Part shown: positions 23,150 to 33,095 of the stretch, in pieces
Numbering within the stretch: position 1 is the stretch's first letter
How the letters are laid out: every line of letters begins with the position of its first letter
NCBI GenBank assembly: GCA_024704765.1
Contig: JAKMXF010000053.1
Coordinates: forward strand, 1 to 46,318
Direction: 5' to 3'
DNA length: 46,318 nt
From: Oopsacas minuta
Taxonomy: Eukaryota > Animalia > Porifera
Program-made: the position numbers and the translations under genes
The notes under the pieces: model-generated
Databases searched by the model: none
What the model saw: the letters and a program-made list of their open reading frames with translations, nothing else
What the model was told of the DNA's origin: nothing

Positions 23150-25528
23150 CAGTGGTTCTCAACCTTTTCTGGCCTTCCCCCCCATGAAGTTTTCCCTCCC
23201 TTTTGGCTCCCCCTCTCCACAAATAATTTGAAATTAGTTTTTTTAATTCAAATTAACAGTAATAATGCGAACCTTGTAGTTGCTTATTAGATGCTAATAT
23301 TTCAATATCTGGACTATAACTTGATGCTGATATCCTTAAATCTTCCCTGAAGTCAAGTCGCCTGCGGTGTTTTGACCTAGGAAAATTTGCTGAAGCAAAC
23401 GTATTCTCACAAAAATATGCTGTTAGCAATGGAAGCAAAAGCAATCTTTCAGCTTTTTTGAAAAGATTTGGTGCCACCCCCTTCACTAAAAACCAGAATT
23501 TCGTTTTGTTAGCACAAGAATATTTAGCTTTTGCCTCCTTATTTGCCTGTAAATATAACAACTCGTCTACTAGGATGTCGTCTAAGTCCATCATATCTTC
23601 CTGTGACATATCTATCGGACTTAGTAGGTATTTAGGGATTGATGGAACGTCCGAAAAGCGATTGGAAAAATCAGTAACTAGATTCATCAAATGTTCTTCG
23701 ACAAGGGGAGTAAATTTAACTTCAAGATGTGATGAAAGAGAAAGAATTGCTTCTACACGTGGGAACATGTTCCATTGGTTGCTCAGTATACGTAAACGAA
23801 AGAATTTCAACTTATTTTGAAATGTAGTCACATTTTCTATAGCAGCTTGAAGAAAAATCCCAGCTCCCTGCAACCTAAGATTACTCAGGTTATAGTAAGA
23901 GAAGATTTCAGTAAGATAGGCTAATTTCAGTTTGAAATAGATAGATGAAAATACTTCAGTCTCGAGAAATGTTTCTGATCTAGAAATTCACATAACTGAT
24001 CATAAATAGTATATACTCGTTCAAGAGCTTTTCCTCTACTAAGCCAGCGAACTTCTGTGTGGAAAAAGAGGACGTCGTCTTCTGCTTCCGAATCTTCACA
24101 TAGTTTTCTTAGTATACGTTCGTTCAAAGGACTTGATTTGACAAAGTTCGCAACTTTGATGGCAAGGTTAAGTGTTTCATGAAGTTCAGGCTGGAGATTT
24201 TTAGCAGCTAACGCCTGTTTATGAAGCATACAATGGATAAAACTGCACTGCAGTACTTCCCTTTTAAAACATCCCCAGAATCCAGTATCTCTACCGGTCA
24301 TATTTCGAGCTCCATCTGTACTGACATTAACAACTTGGCTTAAACTAATCTGATGTGAGTCAAAATAGGATCTAACCATCTTGAAGATATCTTGTCCAGT
24401 GCAACGACATTCAAAATAATCAACGAAAAGCAATTCTTCCTTTATGCAATCGTTATCGATGAAACGCATACAGACAATAAGAGTAGATTCTGCTCCAAAT
24501 GTTGACTCATCTAATTGAATGCTGATAGGAATATCCTTTATAAGCCGAACCAATTTATCTTCTAAATTCTGTGAAATTTCACTAATCCTCCATTTTACTA
24601 TGTCATTAGATAACGGGATTTTGTCTAGTTTCTCAGCTGCCGCACTTCCCAGAACATGCTTGGCACAAGCCAACAGTGAAGGTTTGATTAGAGTTTCTGG
24701 ATCTGTGTGAGGTTTTTTAAGCTTTGCGATTAGGGAAGATACTTCATAGGATGCCAAAGTACAACATTTCAAATCGGTAGACTGAGTGAAGAGAAAAAGA
24801 TTTTTGTTGATTCAAACAGGCCTTGTACTCTATTGGTTGCCCCACCTCTGTGGGATGTTTTGAAAATTGATGCGCTTTTAAATGATAAGGCCTCATAAAA
24901 TCATTCGCCGAGCATACATGGCAGATCAAGCAAAGAGGTTTTAATTCGTCTGGACTATAAATGAATCCAAACTGCAGATAAGAGGGATCATAATGTCGAA
25001 TTCTGCGTTTTGCATTTGGTTCGGACATAATCTTCTGATTGTATAAAGTCTTGCAATGATAGGATTGAAAATGAATTAATGTAGATACAGTTCTATGTCA
25101 TATTTATGTAGATTGTAAAATGAAAATTGTATCGATCAATAGGATGCCATATTATTCATATTATTGGAATCACACATCGATAACGTATTCACAAACGAAT
25201 ACATAGTATTTATTGTCATACAAAAGCAATTTATATTTGTCAGATGCATGGCATCTTTTCGCACCCTTACAAAGTATTAACAATAATTATATCTGAGTAC
25301 TAACTTTATCGACGTCATATGCAAATGGGGTTTTTAAAGAGCGAGAAATTGAATACAAAGATATAAAATAAGTAGCGGTAGCGAGGAGCCTCCTCTGACT
25401 AGATTATTTACACACACCCTAAGTATAGATTGTTCTCTCCGGATATGTATCCCCCCTCTTGCGTTCATCCTCCTCTTCGGTATTGCCATTCCCCCCAATG
25501 GGGGCATATCCCTGGTTGAAAGCCACTG
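23150..25528 (-). mobile_element. hAT Buster/Charlie-type transposon (2379 bp), defective; transposase 25028->23253
   Basis: TIR CAGTGG(TTC/CTT)TCAACC; 8-bp TSD ATTTACAG/ATTTAAAG (7/8). BED-like PLCLIC...HLKAH, QLDEST, TDGARNMTG, HCMLHKQALAAK, HTEVRWLSRG, TAYFCENTFA. Confidence 0.95.
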
Positions 25529-25897
25529 ATTTAAAGTACAATTTGGCCGTCTATGTAATTCCTGCGTAAAGTTCGGGCGTTCATAGCCTTTTCAAAAATA
25601 ATTTTTTGAATTTCAAATTGGATATACACAATGTACCAAGTGAGATGTGAATATGATTAAAATGATGAGTTGTTATCACAATAATTTCAGGAGATATTAA
25701 TAAAAAACCTCGACTAAAATGTAATGCAAAATTGCTTACTCATCATATAAAATTTGGCGATTATGAGTGATGGTATGAAATGTACCAACTTTCTTCTTTA
25801 CACTGGTATGGTTCTTTTCAAATAGAACCCATACTTTTTGAGGAAAAGGTGTTTTAGTGGAGATTTGAATCGGCTGCTAAGATACACTCGTAACATA

Positions 25898-27202
25898 CAG
25901 GATGACACATAAATACTGTTACAACTTTTAAAACTACCATATTGTGGATGAATATAATTCAATAGCGTTGAAACTTATCCACTATATTGTACTACATATC
26001 TATATTATCTCAATAAATCACACCAGCTATATCTCATTTAGAAGTTTTATAATTTCAACATTTTGTAATGGAGACTCGTCGTTCAACTATTATTGAGTTA
26101 TTCAAGGCCGGAAAATGTAGAAGTGAAATTACCTCTTTGCTCAGTTACAATAGAGTGTTTATTTCGCGAACTTTGTCACGGTTTGCTGATGTAGGGGAGG
26201 TGTTAGACCGACCACGACTTGGCCGTCCACGTACTGCACGGACAATTTCTTTGACCAAGAGGATGCTACAACGGATTAAACGAAATCCCGCCCGAAGTAT
26301 CCGAAAAATGGCCTTTGGAACAAATACAACAGGGAATCGATGCGGAGGCTTGTTTGTAATGATTTGGGTATGAAAGCGTACGCAATGAACAAAGACAGCT
26401 CCTCACAGCCAAAAATAAAAGTATGAGGTTGGAAAGATGCAAGGCCGTGCTTTCACGTTTCACCAATGGTCGGCACAAGCAGATCCTTTTCTCTGATGAG
26501 AAATTATTTACTGTTCAGCAGGTCCTAAACAAGCAAAATCATAGGATTTTAGCCACCGATAAGAGTACTTTTGCCTGAATCTACTTTCCGCGTCTCTAGA
26601 ACGCAGAAACCAGCTTCAGTGATGGTATGGGCCGGGGTTACTGCAACTGGTCGGACACCTTTGATATTTATCCCCCAAGGTGTGAAAAACAGCCAAACGG
26701 TTTATCGGGATCAATTCCTGAGAATGTCTTGAAGCCTTAGGTACAATCACATTTTGGAAACGACCTATGGGTATCCAGCAAGATTCTGCCCCAGCTCACA
26801 AGGCTAAAGCTACTCAAAAGTGGTGCAAGACCAATTTTCCGGGCTCATTTCTTCCGAAGAGTGACCACCTTGTCGCCAGACCTTAACCCTCGACTTCTCT
26901 ATATGGTCCATATTGGAGGAGAGGGTTAACGCTACACCCCATCGTTCAGTTGAGGTTCTTAAGAGTACATTATTAAGAGAGTGGTCAAAGATTCCGGATG
27001 AGCATGTGTGTGCCAGTATAGACTCCTTCATCGTCCGTCTGAAGAGCTGCATTAAGGCAAAAGGCGATATATTTGAGTAATACTTTCTTAATTTTCAACC
27101 CTATAGTATATCTAAACATAATTTAGAATATTAGAACGATTGCTCCAATAGTTTTTGTTTTCAGCCCTTTTATATTTGTAACAGTATTTATGTGTCACCC
27201 TG
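25898..27202 (+). mobile_element. Second DD37D (maT) family element, 1305 bp, defective; transposase 26068-27080
   Basis: 27-bp TIR CAGG(A/G)TGACACATAAATACTGTTACAA; TA TSD. FSDEKLFTV, VMVWAGVT, QQDSAPAHKAK, degenerate WPP.SPDLNP, ending KGDIFE*. Confidence 0.93.
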
Positions 27203-27218
27203 TATATATACTTATATA

Positions 27219-30087
27219 TTAGTGTGTTGTGAAAAATACTATTTCGCTCAATTTCTTTCTGCTGGGGTAATTTGGGGTGTGGTTTACACCATGCAACAAA
27301 TTCATTTGGGTTGGTACAATGGAAAAAGGGCCTTATTTGTCCGGTTCATGACATACTTCTACTTTATCCTCGATCCCTAACAACTTTCTATTGAATATGC
27401 ATTATTTTTGTCTACTAGTAATTGCCATTTAATTTTCTTTTACATTATTATTTCGCATAATTCTTAGATTTTACATATTTGGCAGATTATCTACGCAGTA
27501 AATCTGTACACCCTTCATTTGGTCAACCGGCTAAATTACATCAGTATATGCTTCCATAGTGTACTGATGTTTACAATTATTTTTCACTTGAAAGGCATAA
27601 TATTATTTCGAATGGTGAATCAAATCCTAGGACCCAAGAAATAGCCAATGTAGTACTAAAGGGTTCCTTAATGTTGGGATAGATCTTGTTTAGTCAGATG
27701 GCAAAAGAAGTTAGATCATAACGGCAAATTTCTCCTGGATAAAGAAGGTCAATAAGTTCTAGAAATGTCGAATGTCATAAGCGAAAAGCGGATAATTGGT
27801 AAAATAGAAATCTATATAAAGACGGTCTTAAACTCTCAAATGGCAAGAACGGAAAAAGATAACAATAATTGTGAAAAAAGTATGACAATATGAAGCAAAT
27901 TTCAGTGCCTTTACGATATTTTATGTTGTAAGTGCGAGCTTCTTGATAACCTTGTAGGAGCTGCCCAATAGAGAATAGAATCTTAGACCTTGAAATTGAA
28001 TGTATTAAAGACCGGAAAACAATCAGAAATATGTTTTACCGGAATTGACCAAAATGGATCAGAAATTTATAAACAGAGGATAAAAAGGAAAGAAGAAATT
28101 GAAATAAAGCTGTACTGGACAAGGACACTGGAGATAACAGTTCGCTCTATCTATGGCTCGAAAGTTTCCTTGAGATTGTAGAAGACGATCCTAACCAATC
28201 TGTTCAAAGTGACGAAACATATGAATCAAAAAGCATCCCACAGTCTCTCTGTGATCAAAATCGTTGTATACTCCCACCTTTTTCGAATGTGCGATAGCTA
28301 TGGCATAACGACCGTGCAGGAGCCTCCATTGCAAATACTGAGTTGCAAGATTATGGTATACTTAAAAAGGGAAATCTGAATGACTTTATTGACCACAGCA
28401 AATTTCACAGGGAAAGAGAGAGATGGGGAAAAGTGGCAGAGAAGGATAATATCCTCAAGAATACAAATGAACCTATTATGGCACTTTATTATGATGGCAG
28501 AGAAGATAAAGCCCTAACAAAAGTTAAATGTAATACATATTTCAAGTACATCACTAAAAATGAATGCCATGAAGTAATTGTGGCAAAACTAGGAAGCCGT
28601 TATAATGATCACGTATTACCAAAATCAGGAAAAGCAACAGATATAGTCAGTGATATATTTGATATCATCCTGGAAACTGGTGCCAATTTAATCGTACTAG
28701 GGTGCGATGGAACTCCAATAAATACTGGACCTCATGGAGGCATCAATAGACTCATTGGGATTAAGTTGGGAAACCGTGTCAACAAGCTGTCCGTGGCCTT
28801 CATACAAACGAGTTGCTACTAAGGCACATATTCAAAGAAATTGATGGAGTGACTAATGGACCAAATTCAACACTGAGCCTATTTGTAAGGAAATCAAAAA
28901 AGATCTTACAAAATTTCTTCTTGTTCATTTTGAGCCAGTTTCCAGGAAAGTAAAATATATACCAGTTGAACTTGTAAAGAAACATAGTTCAGATCAAGAG
29001 TATTTATATGAGGTGGCACTTGCTGTTCAAAATGGCCCATATCATTGCACAGGGAACTTACTGACTAAGGAACCGGGTATTCTTAATAATTCAAGATGAA
29101 TTACACTTCTAAACAGAATCCTTCGGTTATATATTTCCAAATTAACTCCAACTTCTGAACTAATTCGTATCGTGAATTTTATTCCTAAATCAGTATGTTC
29201 CAGGATGGTCTCGCTTCAAAGAGTTTTGGACTCTAAGTGATGGTGCCAAAAATTCTTCTATCTTGTTCAACTATCTAAGGAATCACCAGTGCCTGACAGA
29301 ATTGATACTCAGAGAATACTTCAAACAAATCGGTATTGGAGTCGCCCAGAAAATATCCTTATATCTATGCTTTCAGATAATTCCCCAGATCCAAGAAAGA
29401 GAGCCGTAGAAACTATCCTGAAGTGTCGGAAAGTTGTGAATTCACGGAATTTGGGCCATCCAACCGAGCAGAGGAAATTTAAAGTTCCAAAGATAAATTT
29501 TATCGCTTCAACTTATTCACATCTTATAGAATTTGATTGATTATCAATTACAGAACCACCATTGACGGCTAATTTCACAGATGTGGAGCTACATATCAGC
29601 CATTGATAAACCATTGTTAATTCCATCCTATCCTTGTCATTCCCAGAATGTAGAAATATGGGTCAAAGAGCTTACTGAAGCATCCATAAAACGATGCGGT
29701 CATCAAGACGACATAGGTACATACTTAACAGAGCCATTTCTAGAGAAAACTTACCACCTATCAATTAGTTAATGTACAATCATAATAGTAACAACATAGA
29801 AATCCTTATATTTTACAATCAAAAACATTAAGTTGTGATTTATAGTGGAATACAGAAAGCAGATTCTTTGGGAAGATATTAGGGATCGAGGATAAATAGA
29901 AGTATGTCATGAACCGGACAAATAAGGCCCTTTTTCCATTGTATCAACCTAAATGAATTTGTTGCATGGTGTAAGGATCAAAATGTTAGGTTCTTTATAT
30001 ATATTAGGGTAAATGACATCCAACCACACCCCAAATTACTCCAGCTGAAAGAAATTGAGCGAAATAATATTTTTCAAAACACCCTAA
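27219..30087 (+). mobile_element. hAT-like (hATm-type) transposon, ~2.87 kb, defective
   Basis: TIRs 27219-27380 and 29879-30087, starting TTAG(G/T)GTGTT(T/G)TGAAAAATA. Coding relic with YDILCCKC, YYDGRED, LGCDGTPINTGPHGG, LHTNELLLRHIF..DG.T.GP, YPCHSQNVE.WVKELTEAS. The subfamily name is from memory of these motifs. Confidence 0.75.
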
Positions 30088-30101
30088 TATACGTATATAT
30101 A

Positions 30102-31015
30102 CAGTCAAGGGACAAAAGTATTCGACCACACAAATATATTGTCATAAATTGTATACTCTTTCCCGCTCCTATATATTGTGTAGTCTATATTCGTAGCTGC
30201 AATCTAGTAATTTCCATAGAATAACGTATGTTTTTCAAGAATTTCAAAAAAATATTTTCGATTTACACTTTCTGAAGGTGTTAATTATGAATAATTATTA
30301 GATAATTATTGATAATCAAATATGTGGTAATTCAAAGCCTATTAAGAATCTATAATTTCTGACTTGATATTTGAATTCTACGTAGGCGAGTTACCACAGA
30401 TTGAAATTTCCAATCGAATTGAACAACTTTTACCAAAGTTATAGAAGAATTTCAATTTGTGCCATTTGTGCCACCTTTTGTCCAAGGTGGCACAAGTGGC
30501 CGCTACCAAGAAGTTATTTTGTAATTCAAGGGTTAGCATAGTCATACCATTCGAAAATAGTACTTTGACTTATTCCTCCTAACCCTAGTTGATTTCCTTG
30601 TAGTGGCGCTTTTTCCTGCCACCTGTGCCACTTTTTCAAAAAGTGGCACAAGTGGGACAAATTGAAATTCTTCTATAACTTTAGTAAAAGTTGTTCAATT
30701 CGATTGGAAATTTCAATCTGGGGTAACTCGCCTACGTAGAATTCAAATATCAAGTCAGAAATTATAGATTCTTAATAGGCTTTGAATTACCACATATTTG
30801 ATTATCAATAATTATCTAATAATTATTCATGATTAACACCTTCAGAAAGTGTAAATCGAAAATATTTTTTTGAAATTCTTGAAAAACATACGTTATTCTA
30901 TGGAAATTACTAGATTGCAGCTACGAATATAGACTACACAATATATAGGAGCGGGAAAGAGTATACAATTTATGACAATATATTTGTGTGGTCGAATACT
31001 TTTGTCCCTTGACTG
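30102..31015. mobile_element. Foldback-type Tc1/mariner MITE, copy 1 (914 bp)
   Basis: ~355-bp near-perfect inverted arms starting CAGTCAAGGGACAAAAGTATTCG around a ~200-bp core; TA TSD; no coding capacity. Confidence 0.92.
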
Positions 31016-31089
31016 TATATATGTATATATTTTTTTTCCACATTGATACAGATATATATTACGTTTTAATAGTAAACTTGAATATTTTA

Positions 31090-32618
31090 TCTATATTTGT
31101 GTTTTTATGTCCAGAATGGTTGAAGAAACTGAAGGACCCCGGGGGCCGATTTGTGACCTACAGAGGTATTTTGGTTCTGGCTCTGAATATTTGAGTCTTG
31201 GACGAGTATTAACACCTTTTGACATAATTAAATGTCATTATCAGTCACCGCTCAGCCTATATACAATCAGGGGACAAAAGTATTCGAATACAGAAATATA
31301 TTGTCATAAATTGTACACTCTTTCCCGCTCCTATTTATTGTATAGTCTATATCCGTAGCTGCTATCTAGTAATTTGCGTAGAATAACATATGTTTTTCAA
31401 GAATTTCAAAAATATTTTCGATTTACACTTTTTGAAGGTGGAAATTATGAATAATTATTAGATAATTATTGATAATCAAAATATGTGGTAATTCAAAGCC
31501 TATTAATAATCTGTAATTTCTGACTTGATATTTGAATTCTACGTAGGCAAGTTACCCCAGATTGAAGTTTCCAATCGGATTGAACAATTTTTCCCAGAGT
31601 TATAGATGAATTTCAATTTGTGCCATTTGTGCCACCTTTTGCCCAAGGTGGCACAAGTGGCCGCTACCAAGAGGTTATTTCGTAATTCAAGGGTTAGCAT
31701 AGTCATATCATTCGAAAATATTACTTCGACTTATTCCTCCTAGCCCTAGTTGAGTTCCTTGTAGTGACGTTTTTTTCTGCCACCTGTGTCACTTTTTGAA
31801 AAAGTGGCACAAGTGAGACAAATTGAAATTCTTCTATAACTTTGGTATAAATTGTTCAATCCGATTGGAAATTTCAATCTGGGGTAACTCGCCTACGTAG
31901 AATTCAAATATCAAGTCAGAAATTATAGATTCTTAATAGGCTTTGAATTACCACGTATTTTGATTATCAATAATTATCTAATAATTATTCATAATTAACA
32001 CCTTCAAAAGTGTAAATCGAAAATATTTTTTTGAAATTCGTGAAAAACGTGTTATCCTATGCAAATTACTAGATAGCAGCTACGAATATAGACTACACAA
32101 TATATAGGAGCGGGACTGAGTATACAATTTATGATAATATATTTGTGTGTTCGAATACTTTGTCCCCTGACTGTATCTATGATAGATGGTAGAAGTTTGA
32201 ATCACATTTACCCACAATATAGGGCAAATGTCCTCACTAGGTCACTTTAACAACTGCAAACTCATCATGAAATTATTACGTCATCATGACTGTCAAACAT
32301 TGAAAATTTTCCAAATTTCGACTACTTTGAGAATTTCTCCATACACGAGGTACTATGTTCCGAGATCACTAACCAAAAGCACGTCAGAGCTCCAGGACTT
32401 CCACAGAAAGCCTTTAAATGGAATTTGGATCGACATTGATAATAATGAAATAATTTCCGATAAATTAACCTCGAGGCGCGTACTGCTGAATATATCCCAT
32501 CGCGTAGCAACCCAAAAGCACTGACAAATGTGGCTATTTCATACTTATGCTAGAACAATGGACCAACTCAGCCATAATTCCGCCAATCGCGCAGTGACCT
32601 AGCAATCAACCGGGCTAG
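31090..32618 (+). mobile_element. Non-autonomous Helitron-like element, copy C (~0.6 kb net), interrupted by MITE copy 2
   Basis: Starts A|TCTATA and ends GTGACCTAGCAATCAACCGGGCTAG|T (TC...CTAG in an A|T site). Sequence on both sides of the MITE is colinear with copies A and B. Confidence 0.72.
31264..32173. mobile_element. Foldback-type Tc1/mariner MITE, copy 2 (910 bp)
   Basis: Same structure and same core orientation as copy 1; arms start CA(A/G)TCAGGGGACAAAAGTATTCG; TA TSD. Confidence 0.92.
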
Positions 32619-32624
32619 TGATAT

Positions 32625-32730
32625 TTAATCCGGGGATATTCTGTTATATAATAGTTTATCCCTGGATATTCTATCATTAGTTTATGTTGGTGATATTCTA
32701 TTGTATAATAGTTTATCCGGAGGATATAGA
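32625..32730. repeat. Degenerate ~27-30 bp minisatellite; another 1-2 units at ~33280-33325
   Basis: Recurring ATAGTTTATCC(N)GGGGATATTCT units. Confidence 0.55.
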
Positions 32731-33054
32731 TTCGTACCACTAGAGAACCTTAGGAGTACTAAATTTATTGGCTGAATTGACACTGTTTGGTTGACCAAGT
32801 ATATTTTTTTCTTAGCAATTTACTGGATACAACGCCGGTTAACTGCTTAACTGGCTAACAGAATCCAGCCCTGCTGTGTCTTGAATATTCTTTAATAATA
32901 TATCCGAAGGATAAACTGATGAGACATTGGATAACACATTTTTATGAATATTCTTTTCTATTAGGAACATCGTAAAATTATTGTCAAATCATTTTGGTTT
33001 AATTATACTAGCGATTTTCGATCTCCTTCACGATTATCAAGTTTTAATTTGATA

Positions 33055-33095
33055 CTAGCTCGATTCGCTTGCTAGGTCGCTGCTCAACAGGCGGA
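33055..33095 (-). mobile_element. Helitron-like 3' terminus, copy D
   Basis: Minus strand GAGCAGCGACCTAGCAAGCGAATCGAGCTAG|T, the same terminal motif as copies B and C. Confidence 0.55.

Larger units (their letters stand above)
16164..25890 (+). mobile_element. Large Mutator/NOF-FB-like DNA transposon (~9.7 kb including nested elements, ~5.9 kb net)
   Basis: TIRs 16164-16511 and 25545-25890 (~347 bp, >90% identical by eye, starting CGAGTGT). Flanks TAACAAATATA and TAACATATATA (10/11) once the DD37D element at 25898 is removed. Encloses a NOF-like transposase pseudogene. Confidence 0.75.

Noticed and set aside
4366-26478. Antisense or alternate-frame ORFs over real genes and transposases (e.g. 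4366-4551, 4601-4804, 12090-12275, 12863-13310, 17204-17437, 23458-23820, 24519-24710, 26266-26478)
   Set aside because: Shadow ORFs explained by the coding sequence on the other strand or frame.
30455-30660. GTGGCACAAGTGG repeats as a CRISPR-like array
   Set aside because: Few units, inverted rather than direct, no regular unique spacers, inside a eukaryotic MITE.
31114-31165. Apparent micro-exon (CCAG|...AGAG|GTATT) between the twin MITEs, and ORFs 30988-31194 and 31107-31358
   Set aside because: The sequence is part of Helitron copy C (homologous to 16070-16160 on the other strand) and gives a stop if joined in phase to RPA2.
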